A stretch of 64,000 nucleotides of DNA from an uncultured bacterium (lineage in GTDB: Bacteria; Oederibacteriota; JAAXVQ01; JAUVAV01), in contig CAVQBK010000006.1 of NCBI GenBank assembly GCA_963710755.1, forward strand, positions 144,977 through 208,976, given 5' to 3'. Of this stretch, positions 11,773-21,381 are shown piece by piece (the first letter of the stretch is position 1; each line of letters opens with the position of its first letter). The position numbers and the translations under genes are program-made. The notes beneath the pieces were generated by a model that did not search any database, was not told the DNA's origin, and saw only the letters and a list, made by a program, of their open reading frames with translations.

Positions 11773-11938
11773 AACGACCTTTTGCAAGAAACTGTCTTCA
11801 CTCCCCTGAATCCGCCAGCCGACGCCGCGTCCCTACCCAAAGAAGGGCCGGAAGTAAATAACGCCATCCTCAAAAGCAAATCGTGTTGATAAAGAGTTTA
11901 TCAAGCTGTCGCCCAATGGTCAAACCGTGCCCATGGCC

Positions 11939-13195
11939 TTATTCAAATTCAAGAGGCGACACCCCCAGGGGGAGCACACTTTGAATCGTCACATAGGTGA
12001 GCGGAGCTTGTTTTACATCGCCGGCGGCATCTTCAATGGTAAAGACCACTTTATATTTCCCATCGGGCATGGGATTTAAAGTATCCTCCATCCCATCCCA
12101 AACGATGTGTTCCGGCGGCGAGCCTTCACCGGAATATTTTTTGACCAAGGTATTGGATTCATTAAAAAGCTGGACCGACCAAACCCTAACCTGTAATTTT
12201 GTCTGGCAAAGTAGTTTGATAATAGTGACTTTATTGATGCCTACCGGAGAGAATTTATCCGGCTCCGGCCGTGCCTCCAAAATAAACCCTCCAAAGTAAT
12301 AAGAAAGATCCACCCGGTGCAGCAGGCTTTCATCTTCCGTTAAAAAGCCGATGGCATAGTCCAATTGTATATCACTATAGCGGTAGCCCAAACCGCCGGT
12401 GAATTCCTGTAAATCATAGCCCGCCCGGACAAAGACATTGTGCATTGGCGAGCCTTCCAGTCCGAAACGAACCTTCAGCTGATCCTGATCCATGTTTTTA
12501 GCCAAATCCACATCCGCTTTGAGCCTGTCCCCCCACAACTTCGTGGCAATACCAAGCGTCATGTTCATGGGATAAACGTCGGCTACCTCTTTTAATTTAA
12601 TAGAAGGCGCCAACAGATTTTGGAAACTCAAGCCCAGGTTAAGGAAAGGAAAGGGATGGTACATTAGGCCCAAATCAAAGCCGAAACCGGTAGCAGATAA
12701 GGACATCATGGTTTGATTAACGATTTTCAAGGTCCCGCCACCGGCCAGCTGTGGCGTAATATCCATGCCGAAGGCGCCGAGAAAGGCGAATTGGTTGTTG
12801 GAGAAACTTTCAGTGACTTCATTAAATGTATCGCGGCCTTCGGCTGTGCCCTGATTCAGAAAAGTCAGTCCAACCCCCAGAGTGCCGACATAAGGTATAA
12901 TATGAGAATATCCTAAATACTGGAAATTATCACCGTCCAGCAATGTCATGTATTGCAACAGCACTTGATTCTGCGAAACACTGGTCAAGCCGCCGGGATT
13001 CCAATAAGCAGCAGTAGCATCATCGGCAATACCTACAAAAGCGCGTCCCATGCCAATAGCCCTGGAACCGGCCCCGTAAGTTAAAAAAGTGCCCGCCTGA
13101 CCGGCATCAGTATCAATGGCTAAACCCTGGATGGGCATGCCGACCAGCACGGCTGCTAATAAAATAAATGTAATTTTTCGCATGTTTAAGGTCAT
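11939..13195 (-). CDS. PorV/PorQ-family beta-barrel protein with C-terminal FlgD-Ig-like domain
   Basis: FLTYGAGSRAIGMGRAFVGIADDATAAYWNPGGL motif; alternating barrel strands; C-terminal FSP...IVWDG...MPDGKYKVVFTIED; TAATG overlap with the upstream gene. Confidence 0.82.
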   Translation of the reverse strand: MTLNMRKITFILLAAVLVGMPIQGLAIDTDAGQAGTFLTYGAGSRAIGMGRAFVGIADDATAAYWNPGGLTSVSQNQVLLQYMTLLDGDNFQYLGYSHIIPYVGTLGVGLTFLNQGTAEGRDTFNEVTESFSNNQFAFLGAFGMDITPQLAGGGTLKIVNQTMMSLSATGFGFDLGLMYHPFPFLNLGLSFQNLLAPSIKLKEVADVYPMNMTLGIATKLWGDRLKADVDLAKNMDQDQLKVRFGLEGSPMHNVFVRAGYDLQEFTGGLGYRYSDIQLDYAIGFLTEDESLLHRVDLSYYFGGFILEARPEPDKFSPVGINKVTIIKLLCQTKLQVRVWSVQLFNESNTLVKKYSGEGSPPEHIVWDGMEDTLNPMPDGKYKVVFTIEDAAGDVKQAPLTYVTIQSVLPLGVSPLEFE

Positions 13196-14934
13196 TATTT
13201 TATTACCCCCACCCGTCGTTTAAATTCCTGCGTTTTACCAGAACTCTGAGCCCTGACTTTGACCAGATAGATCCCGTTGGCCACGGTTCTACCCTCCCCA
13301 TTCTTACCATCCCACATCCAGGCAGCGCCGCCCTTGGAGGTGGCGCTTAAGCTGATGGGATCAGTGCTGTCCTTGTCAAAGTTTTTAGCCACCACCACCC
13401 GGCCATAGGGATCGTAAATGCGTAGTTCCACATTACTGTTGTCTTCAAGATAGTAGTTGATGGAAGTGGTTTCATTGCGTCCAGGATCAAAAGGATTGGG
13501 GTAATTGACGATGGCCCCGGCCTCCACAGGCGCTACCGAAACCTTCACCGTCACACTCTGGTAAGCGTAAACCGTGGAGGAGACATTATCGAGCACGGCC
13601 ACGTCCAACACCACCGCTTCATTGATCGTGCCGGCTGTATAGGTACTTGTGGCCACACCTTCATTGGTTGAATTGTCACTGCCGGTGGTGGTGGCTGTCA
13701 CCGACAAATAACCATTGGTGCTGGTGTTATGGAAGGTCACATGAAAATCATGGATATTGGAAGAAGTTTTATTGCCGTATTGGTCGTAAACCGTGGCTGA
13801 AACAATGGATTGATGATTGGACTGGACTTCGCTGGGGCTAAGGCTAAGCGACACACTGGCAGGAATGTTGGGGAGGATGGTTATGGGCGCTGAACTGACA
13901 GCATAAACGGTGGTACCATTAATGGTCAGTTGATGGGCTTGCAAATAAATCTGCGTAGCTTCCCGGAAATAGCGGTCATTAAAATATTTCACACCATTTT
14001 GCACAGTGAAATTAGCCAAATTATCTCGATTGGGATTGTTGGCCAATTCTTCGTTGTTCGACAAATAAAATTTCTTAAATTCAAAGTAATCATTATTGTT
14101 GGTCAAAATGCCACCAGGCGCATTAGGATCAGAGGATGCTTTGATGGAAACGGATACATAAAAATCCTCTCCTGCATAGACCTGGGAAGGTGTGCTGATA
14201 TGGGCAAACCCGGCAGTAGAGGAAAAGGAGGTGAGGTAGACAGGCGTGAAGGTCAGCCCTGGTGTGGACCCAAATCCTACGGTAACCAGGCTTCCTGTCA
14301 AGGAACCGGTCGTGGTTTCGATAGTGGAATAGCCTATCCCAGCATTTATAGGTATGGTAGAAGAAGGATGATAACTCATTCCTACTTCATTGGCCATTAC
14401 CGTATCGGTGTAGGAATTAACTCGGTTATAATAAGCATCTGTGGCCAACAGGGTCACACCGTAATAAACGCCTTGAATGACGTCAGGATAATCACCACCT
14501 TGAACCACCGGAGTTACACCCGAATTCACTCCTGGAGTATGAGTCTGTCCTGGAAGTATGATCAATAATTGACTGACAACATTAGCTGCAACCGCTACTT
14601 GCGTATTACCGTTTGCACTACCATCGGTGCAGGAAATTTCATTGGCGCCTGCAGCTTTCAATCGAACAAAGCCCTTCCAAACACCGGCAGTAAAATTTTC
14701 GGATGTATTAGGGCTGATTGTATCCGGATAAGTATTATTGGTTAAATCAACAGTGCCAGAGAAGGTCGTGGACGGGATACCAGGAGCATCGTAGGCTGTA
14801 ATAGTGATAGGGGTATATTCCCCAGCCGTAGGATTTGTTGCTGGATTAATTTCTAAAAGGAAATGAGATAAAGAATAACTTTGTAATGGAAGAAAGAATA
14901 GTGCGGAGATAATCAAGAAAGTTGCTTTTCTCAA
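13195..14934 (-). CDS. Secreted Ig-like multidomain protein with T9SS-like/FlgD-Ig C-terminal domain
   Basis: TTG start with AAGGAGG RBS; signal peptide; beta-rich Ig-like segments; C-terminal NYPNPF...WDGKNGEGRTVANGIYLVKV. Confidence 0.82.
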   Translation of the reverse strand: MRKATFLIISALFFLPLQSYSLSHFLLEINPATNPTAGEYTPITITAYDAPGIPSTTFSGTVDLTNNTYPDTISPNTSENFTAGVWKGFVRLKAAGANEISCTDGSANGNTQVAVAANVVSQLLIILPGQTHTPGVNSGVTPVVQGGDYPDVIQGVYYGVTLLATDAYYNRVNSYTDTVMANEVGMSYHPSSTIPINAGIGYSTIETTTGSLTGSLVTVGFGSTPGLTFTPVYLTSFSSTAGFAHISTPSQVYAGEDFYVSVSIKASSDPNAPGGILTNNNDYFEFKKFYLSNNEELANNPNRDNLANFTVQNGVKYFNDRYFREATQIYLQAHQLTINGTTVYAVSSAPITILPNIPASVSLSLSPSEVQSNHQSIVSATVYDQYGNKTSSNIHDFHVTFHNTSTNGYLSVTATTTGSDNSTNEGVATSTYTAGTINEAVVLDVAVLDNVSSTVYAYQSVTVKVSVAPVEAGAIVNYPNPFDPGRNETTSINYYLEDNSNVELRIYDPYGRVVVAKNFDKDSTDPISLSATSKGGAAWMWDGKNGEGRTVANGIYLVKVRAQSSGKTQEFKRRVGVIK

Positions 14935-15180
14935 GATAATCCCTCCTTGGGTGAGTTGCGATCTCTGACATTATATAAATATTTTGTCATATTACAAAGC
15001 AAATTATTCATTAAATTGTCATTGGATTTATAATCAAAAATTAAGCAGGTAAATAAAAGGGAAAACAGACTACAAATTAGATTAAATAAATCTCGGAAAT
15101 CGAACTCTTCCAAGTCCATGCACATTAAAATGTGCTGCATCTTGGTCAGCAATATCCCTCATCGCTCAATTGTCCCTACC

Positions 15181-15208
15181 GTAGGGGTTCAACATGTTGA
15201 ACCCCTAC
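15181..15208. repeat. 28-nt GTAGGG-type REP, perfect palindrome
   Basis: GTAGGGGTTCAACATGTTGAACCCCTAC just downstream of the marC-family stop. Confidence 0.85.
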
Positions 15209-15233
15209 ATTTCAAAATATTTCCAGTTGCTGG

Positions 15234-15851
15234 TCACCTCACCCCAAATCCCAACTTAATCCCCTCTATAGCCATACCCGCGCCCATGACCGCCAGGATG
15301 AGTCCCATGATTTTGCCGATGACCATAATTATATTCTTGCCCAGCTTGTTCACGATATAATCGCCAAAGATAAAAGCCCAATAGGTTAACAGAATCATAA
15401 GTCCGAAAATGGCCATCACCATACCCATACGCAGCAAGCCTGCATTGGTCACATTATTCATGGCGGTTACAATAGTGCCCGGTCCGGCTAAAATGGGAAT
15501 GGCTAAAGGTGAAACGGCAATACTATCCGTATCCGGATCTTCCTGATGATGGATAGTGGATTTTTTGGACTGGAGCATTTCAAAGCCCACATAAAAGACG
15601 ATCAATCCCCCGGTGATTTTAAAGGCGGGGATGGTGAGACCAAACAAGTCAAAGATAGCTTTGCCCATCACCACAAAACATAGAACTATTAAAAAAGCCG
15701 TAATAGTGGCCGTTTTGGCAATCCGTTTTCTGGTGGCTGCATCCCTGTCTTCCACCAAGGCCAGAAAGATAGGGCTGTTGGCAATGGGATTCATAATCGC
15801 AAAAAAGCCCATAAACACGGACAATGAAAAAGTTAAAAGATGGTCAGGCAT
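15234..15851 (-). CDS. MarC family integral membrane protein
   Basis: FAIMNPIANSPIF...IAVSPLAIPILAGPGTI motifs; about six TM helices. Confidence 0.92.
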   Translation of the reverse strand: MPDHLLTFSLSVFMGFFAIMNPIANSPIFLALVEDRDAATRKRIAKTATITAFLIVLCFVVMGKAIFDLFGLTIPAFKITGGLIVFYVGFEMLQSKKSTIHHQEDPDTDSIAVSPLAIPILAGPGTIVTAMNNVTNAGLLRMGMVMAIFGLMILLTYWAFIFGDYIVNKLGKNIIMVIGKIMGLILAVMGAGMAIEGIKLGFGVR

Positions 15852-16139
15852 TGGCTGATCCTTAAACGATGATCCTTACCCTAGCAAATATTTCATCCCC
15901 CTGCAACTCCAATCACCGCCCTCTTAGTAAGACATTAGTCCCGGCAACGTGATGGGTTACCCTCCCCATCCTGCCACGACGGACCTACAGGCCTAAAAAT
16001 ATCCAGCCGATAATAAAACAAAGGCAGAAGATCCAGACATTTGTCGGACAACTATAAGTCCCGTTAAACATGAGTTCCCGTCATCTATTGGGAAAAAGTA
16101 TAAATCCGACCAACTCAACCAGCAAAGGAAGTGGCCAAC

Positions 16140-16958
16140 ATGGCAACCGTAAGAATGGGCAGTGTTTTTATAATTCTCATAATCCTGGGATTAATCACCC
16201 CCAGCCTCGGACAAGCGTCTAAAAATATTGTTTACACTTACACCGCCATGATCAATGGCACCCCCCGAGCCGTCACTCTAACCGTGGAAGAAGCCCAGCA
16301 TTTGACCACGGTTTCTTATTATAATGAATTCGGTGAAAAAGAAACGAGCACGTTTACCGATCAAACCAAACTTCAGAGTGCCAAATATTTTGATGCAGAG
16401 GGCAAAGAAATGGTGGGGGTTAATTATGATTATGAGCATAATAAAATTGAAATTAGCGGCGTTTGCCCTGCCCATTATCCCTATCGCCAACCCACCTATG
16501 ACAACAATGGTGCTTTGTTTTATCTGCTGACCCTGCTCCAGCCCAAACCCGGCCAACGCTATACTTTTTATATGTGCCAAAGTAATCTGACTCATATCGA
16601 AGATGACTTTTCCAGAGGGCTGATCACTAATTGGGTTGGGCCTGTAGAGATGTATTTTAAATATGTAAGTGATGAAGACATAACGGTGGGAAACAAAACA
16701 TATAGTACCAGAAAATATGAGATGGGTGTCAATGTTCCCACCATCGCTCTTTTCTGGCCCAATAAATATTATTTTTGGATTTCACAACAGGACCAGTTAC
16801 TGGTTCAATTCCAGGGCCCCAACAACAAGAACCATATTGACACCTATCAGCTTGCCACGCAAACAGCCTTGGACAATAATGTACCCGTAGTGTCGTCGCT
16901 GCCGGAATCACCGGCCGGGGTCTTGTCTCAAGAGGTTTTAAAGACTGCCCAACCCTGA
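16140..16958 (+). CDS. Hypothetical exported beta-rich protein
   Basis: Long ORF with N-terminal signal-like segment; ATG 16140 preceded by AAGGA; GCCGATAA box at 16006-16013 upstream. Confidence 0.7.
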   Translation: MATVRMGSVFIILIILGLITPSLGQASKNIVYTYTAMINGTPRAVTLTVEEAQHLTTVSYYNEFGEKETSTFTDQTKLQSAKYFDAEGKEMVGVNYDYEHNKIEISGVCPAHYPYRQPTYDNNGALFYLLTLLQPKPGQRYTFYMCQSNLTHIEDDFSRGLITNWVGPVEMYFKYVSDEDITVGNKTYSTRKYEMGVNVPTIALFWPNKYYFWISQQDQLLVQFQGPNNKNHIDTYQLATQTALDNNVPVVSSLPESPAGVLSQEVLKTAQP

Positions 16959-17459
16959 ACGATATTGCCTCATTTGGTCTGCTAGTACTGCGGCTCTCAT
17001 GGGCAGCATGCTGTCCGGGATTTTAATCGGGCCATGACCCACTTTTAAATTCAAATTCATCATAGTGCGCTGTAAGCCTTTGGCCTTGGTTATATAGGCC
17101 TGCACATTCTCCAATTCAATACTGACGAACCGTTCCCGTCCTGCTGACCGGGCCTCTATTTCCTTAATGTCCTCCCAAGGAATAAAGCCCACGGCAAATA
17201 TCGAGGATTGATCCATCACCCCCTGATCACTAAGGACAAGCAAGGGTTTGGGCAGCACTAAACGGAATAGGGTGTGCCCCAATAGCCATAGGAAAAGAAC
17301 AAGCATCATATAAGCCAGGCCTAACCCCGCCGTTCGGAAAGCGCCTAAACTGGTTGGATGTATAATCAGCCCTCCCGCCGCTGCTGATAACAACGCCGAA
17401 CCGATTAGGCTTCTTAGCATTTTGGAGGTAGGAGGGTATATTTTTGTAGTCTGGGCCAT
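16938..17459 (-). CDS. Membrane protein, STM3941-like family
   Basis: Two TM helices then P.LVLSDQGVMD.SS...GFIPWEDIKEI motif. Confidence 0.7.
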   Translation of the reverse strand: MAQTTKIYPPTSKMLRSLIGSALLSAAAGGLIIHPTSLGAFRTAGLGLAYMMLVLFLWLLGHTLFRLVLPKPLLVLSDQGVMDQSSIFAVGFIPWEDIKEIEARSAGRERFVSIELENVQAYITKAKGLQRTMMNLNLKVGHGPIKIPDSMLPMRAAVLADQMRQYRSGLGSL

Positions 17460-17689
17460 GATAGTCTTCCCTTTCAGACTAATATAATAAAATTATATTT
17501 TCTCCAATGGCCCAGGGGATGTCAACCATCCGGGAAGTCATTGTGACTTAGATTTTATCCTTGATTAAGTTGATTAAAAATTTTACATTACATCATCGTT
17601 CTTTCCCGGCGGCCTTGCATGATTTTGTCTGTTTTATCCCTGATGGTTTTTCCCCTCAAGGCCACGCCCACCAACTAAGGAGAAAACTC

Positions 17690-18100
17690 ATGTTCACGAT
17701 CAACCACAAAGTACATCTTGGTGACACGGACGCTACCGGGCAAGTCTATTATGCCAAACCATTGGAATGGCTGGAGTGGTGCCGGGTAGATTGGTTCGAA
17801 TCCCTTTATGGTAATTTTTTAACTTATGTCCAAAAATATCAACTCACCTACTTCCCCGCCAAAATACAAGTGGATTATAAAAAACCTATTTTTTGCGGAG
17901 ACAACTTATCCATCCGCATGCATACCGCCGACCTTAAAAAAGTGTCTTGCCAGTTTAACTACGTGGTTGAACGTCAGGGCGAAACCGTGCTGACCGCAGA
18001 AGTCACCATGGTATGCTACCACCATGGGGAGAAGCGCTTGGCGCGCATTCCCGATCATATGATTGAAAGCATTAATTCGCTGGTACCGATTCACGGATAA
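17690..18100 (+). CDS. Acyl-CoA thioesterase (YbgC/FadM hotdog fold)
   Basis: DTDATGQVYYAKPLEWLEWCR motif; ATG 17690 with AAGGAG RBS (ORF-track start is too far upstream). Confidence 0.88.
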   Translation: MFTINHKVHLGDTDATGQVYYAKPLEWLEWCRVDWFESLYGNFLTYVQKYQLTYFPAKIQVDYKKPIFCGDNLSIRMHTADLKKVSCQFNYVVERQGETVLTAEVTMVCYHHGEKRLARIPDHMIESINSLVPIHG

Positions 18101-18156
18101 TGATCACCTAGTGTAGTCACTTTCATTCCGAATTAAGAAACAAGGAGGTTTAGGCT

Positions 18157-18609
18157 ATGACCACGTTCACTGTTTCAGTTAAAGAAAAGTTCCCAACGGT
18201 CCAAGAACCTCCAGGCAGCTATCATAACAATGAATTATTGGTGCTCAGAACGCAACTCATGCATGCCGCCATAAAAGTTCAGCGGCATATGGGCTTGGGT
18301 GTGTCTCCCGCCACCTTTCGTTTGGCTCTGGCCAAAGAATTGCAGGCTCTGGGATTGATCTGTCAAACTCAGGTAATGGTTCCTATCCCTTATAAAACAC
18401 ACCTTTTACACGACTGTGAGTATTTGGATTTGGTAGTCCTCGACACTTTGGGACTATTGATTTCAGAAGGCATGCAACCCGATGAACTCCAGCATCAAAA
18501 AGCCAGATTTCTTTTAAAGCATTGTTCCTTGGCCGGGTTACTGCTGATGGATATCGCCTATCCCTTATTTGAAAAGTCTATTATATTCATGACATCAAAA
18601 GAAGAATAA
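18157..18609 (+). CDS. Degenerate GxxExxY-family protein
   Basis: AAIKVQRHMGLG...ALAKEL...Q..VPIPYK...LDLVV follows the GxxExxY family pattern, but the signature residues are substituted; AAGGAGG RBS. Confidence 0.65.
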   Translation: MTTFTVSVKEKFPTVQEPPGSYHNNELLVLRTQLMHAAIKVQRHMGLGVSPATFRLALAKELQALGLICQTQVMVPIPYKTHLLHDCEYLDLVVLDTLGLLISEGMQPDELQHQKARFLLKHCSLAGLLLMDIAYPLFEKSIIFMTSKEE

Positions 18610-18624
18610 TCTGACCCGCCAAGG

Positions 18625-19116
18625 TCAGCCCGCCACGGAGCTGGTATCCTTTCTTGCAAGGTTCTCCGAAACCCTGCTGAGAAAGGCCGCCATCTGATTT
18701 TCATCCTCAAGAGACAGAAGGGTTTTTAAAACACTGGGATTTAAAAACAAGGTCGCCAATTTGGAGAATAGTCCGAGATGACTAACCTCGGCCTTGAGCG
18801 GCAACAGCAACAAAAAAACAACGTGGGTTCTGGAATTATCAAGAGCGCCAAATTCCAATCCCCTCTTCGAGACCGCTACCAACAGGGTTGTTTTTTTAAT
18901 AAAGGCCGCACGGGCATGGGGAAAAGCCACGCCTCTGCCCACCGCCGTGGACCCCAGGCGCTCCCTTTCCCAAACAGCCTTCAAAATTTTATCTTTCAGG
19001 GCACCTTGCTGATCCATTTTGCAAGAACCGATCATGGTCCTGAGAACCTCCGCCTTATCCAACCCTTCTACATCCCGTATAATACAATCCGGTCTCAACA
19101 GCTGCTGCAGTTCCAT
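18625..19116 (-). CDS. PTS EIIA (Ntr/fructose-mannitol type) domain protein
   Basis: ERERLGSTAVGRGVAFPHAR phospho-His motif. Confidence 0.88.
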   Translation of the reverse strand: MELQQLLRPDCIIRDVEGLDKAEVLRTMIGSCKMDQQGALKDKILKAVWERERLGSTAVGRGVAFPHARAAFIKKTTLLVAVSKRGLEFGALDNSRTHVVFLLLLPLKAEVSHLGLFSKLATLFLNPSVLKTLLSLEDENQMAAFLSRVSENLARKDTSSVAG

Positions 19117-19248
19117 AATGGTCTCCTTCAGGTGCTAACCCCAACATTTTCTCTCTATGTATTAAGACACACCAAAAGAAACTTTATTCCATTTTTATTA
19201 AAATTATTTTATGGCAGGGGCATCAATTGTATCTTAAGAGGAGATTAT

Positions 19249-19626
19249 TCAGTAGCGGCAATCAATAACATAACACCTAAGGGAACGATCAGCGTCCTTA
19301 ATTTCAGCAATCAGCAAGGCATATTTATTCCGGAACAGGTGTTTGATTTTGGCTTCCGCCCGGTTGGGGAAGACATTTTGTACGCGAAAACGGCCTATGG
19401 GCAATTTATTTTTGCCTAAATCATAAATAATACCTTCATCGCCCCTGTGCACGCCCTGATTGTAACCACGATTGAACAGTAATTTATTAAGACGATTAAT
19501 ATGTTTAGGCTTAATTTTGCTGTAATCATTAAAGGCTACTGGGGCCATAGGCAGCGGTGGTAAAGTGGCACAGCCGTTCAAAATTAAAACCAACACAATA
19601 AAAAGGCAGGGAAAGATTCTGGACAT
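19249..19626 (-). CDS. Hypothetical lipoprotein
   Basis: Lipobox LNGC after a hydrophobic stretch; GGAG RBS. Confidence 0.65.
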   Translation of the reverse strand: MSRIFPCLFIVLVLILNGCATLPPLPMAPVAFNDYSKIKPKHINRLNKLLFNRGYNQGVHRGDEGIIYDLGKNKLPIGRFRVQNVFPNRAEAKIKHLFRNKYALLIAEIKDADRSLRCYVIDCRY

Positions 19627-19659
19627 TCATGTCTCCGCTCTCCCCCTGCGCTTTTTAAA

Positions 19660-19686
19660 CTATCGGCCACCAAGTGAATTTCTTTA
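19660..19686 (-). promoter_or_regulatory. Sigma28 (FliA)-type promoter
   Basis: Minus strand TAAA-gaaattcacttggtg(15)-GCCGATAG, about 34 nt upstream of the 19626 start. Confidence 0.6.
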
Positions 19687-19744
19687 ATTCTAAATATTAA
19701 CCGGATTTTTTCTGTTATCGCCCGGCTCTTCTGATATCATTGGT

Positions 19745-21163
19745 TCACCTTGTTGCTTGCAAAAACCGGCTGACCTTTCCCGCCGCTTCACGGCCACGGT
19801 TAATAGCCCGCACCACCAAGGACGCTCCGGTCTCCGCATCGCCGGCGGCAAAAACACCTTCCTGCGAAGTGCGATAGTGGTCATCCACCTTGATATTGCC
19901 CCGGCCATCGGTTTCGAGTTTCAGCTCCGAGACCAAGCCCTTGGGATCGGCGTGCAAAAACCCCATGGCCAAGAGCACAAGGTCGGCCTTCAAATCAAAA
20001 GCTGATCCTGGTATTTCCTTGAAACTGGGCCGGCCTCCTTCGGGAAAAGTCCATTCCAGTTTGACCGCTTTGAGTGCGGTAACCTGGCCATCTTTGCCGA
20101 TCATTTCCTTGGTATTGATATCCCACATGCGTTCGCACCCTTCTTCATGGGAGCTAGAAGTGCGCAAAATAGTCGGCCAGTAAGGCCAGGGATTGTTAGC
20201 CGCCCGTGCTTGCGGCGGCTGGGAGAGCAATTCAATCTGAGTTACTTTAACCGCCCCCTGGCGAATGCTGGTGCCAATGCAGTCGGATCCTGTATCTCCA
20301 CCGCCAACCACCACCACATGCTTGCCTTTGGCGCTAAGACGTTGATCTTCAGGAATAGGATCACCGGCATTGAGCATGTTCTGTTGGGTCAAAAACTCCA
20401 GCGCAAAATGAACACCCTTTAATTCCCGCCCCGGTACCGTCAAATCACGGGGCACGCCGGCACCGATGGTGAGCAGCGTAGCGTCAAACTCTTTTTGCAG
20501 GCTTTCCGCCGTGACTTGTGTATTGGTTTTAAAGACCACGCCTTCCGCTTCCATCTGCCGCATGCGACGGTCAATAACATTTTTATCCAGTTTGTAATCA
20601 GGGATGCCGTAGCGTAAATAACCGCCGATACGGCCGGCTTTTTCAAAAAGTGTGACCTCATGTCCTTCGCGCGCCAACTGTTGCGCAGCAGACAAGCCGG
20701 CTGGTCCGGAACCCACCACGGCCACTTTCTTTCCGGTTCTTCTTTTGGCCAGCTGAGGCTTGATCCAGCCTTCCTTGAATCCTTTTTCCACAATCTGCAA
20801 TTCGATTTGGCGAATGGTTACGGGTTTGCCGTCCAACTCCAGGGTGCAGGCAGCTTCACAGGGTGCCGGACAGATGCGGCCGGTCATTTCGGGAAGGTTG
20901 TTGGTGCTATGCAGCATGGCGCAGGCTTTTTCCCATTGATTACGGTAAATCAGATCATTCCAATCAGGAATCAAATTTTTAACAGGACAACCAAAGGCAT
21001 GGCAGGTGGGAATACCGCAATCCATGCAGCGGGCCGCCTGTTCATGCAACTTGGCAGGATCAAGGAGCTGTTCAATCTCGGCAAAATCCTTAACCCTTTC
21101 CTCCACTTTGCGTTTTGGTGGATTCTGCCGCTCATATTCGAGAAAACCGGTTGGTTTGGCCAT
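19745..21163 (-). CDS. gltD: Glutamate synthase small (beta) subunit
   Basis: AARCMDCGIPTCH, GRICPAPCEAAC, GSGPAG and GGGDTGSDC motifs. Confidence 0.97.
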   Translation of the reverse strand: MAKPTGFLEYERQNPPKRKVEERVKDFAEIEQLLDPAKLHEQAARCMDCGIPTCHAFGCPVKNLIPDWNDLIYRNQWEKACAMLHSTNNLPEMTGRICPAPCEAACTLELDGKPVTIRQIELQIVEKGFKEGWIKPQLAKRRTGKKVAVVGSGPAGLSAAQQLAREGHEVTLFEKAGRIGGYLRYGIPDYKLDKNVIDRRMRQMEAEGVVFKTNTQVTAESLQKEFDATLLTIGAGVPRDLTVPGRELKGVHFALEFLTQQNMLNAGDPIPEDQRLSAKGKHVVVVGGGDTGSDCIGTSIRQGAVKVTQIELLSQPPQARAANNPWPYWPTILRTSSSHEEGCERMWDINTKEMIGKDGQVTALKAVKLEWTFPEGGRPSFKEIPGSAFDLKADLVLLAMGFLHADPKGLVSELKLETDGRGNIKVDDHYRTSQEGVFAAGDAETGASLVVRAINRGREAAGKVSRFLQATR

Positions 21164-21340
21164 TATAAAATTCCTCCAGAAAAAATTAATACCCTAAGCC
21201 GGCAAAGCCGGAAGTCAAGTTGCCCACAGTGGAGATTTTCTCCCGCTGTGGGGGCGTATAGGACAATAGGTTCCAACAGATATACTAAGTTTTTTCTTCC
21301 CCTACTTCCCGTCTTCCTGTAATTAGTTGTTTATGAATGT

Positions 21341-21368
21341 GTAGGGGTGTACTGCATTTCGCCTCTAC
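21341..21368. repeat. Degenerate 28-nt GTAGGG-type REP between gltB and gltD
   Basis: GTAGGGGTGTACTGCATTTCGCCTCTAC. Confidence 0.6.
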
Positions 21369-21381
21369 CGTCTACGGTTAA

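Noticed and set aside
11886-11904. TTGATAAA-gag-TTTATCAA inverted repeat as an operator
   Set aside because: Single AT-rich instance with no second copy or cognate regulator; may be chance or a weak terminator.
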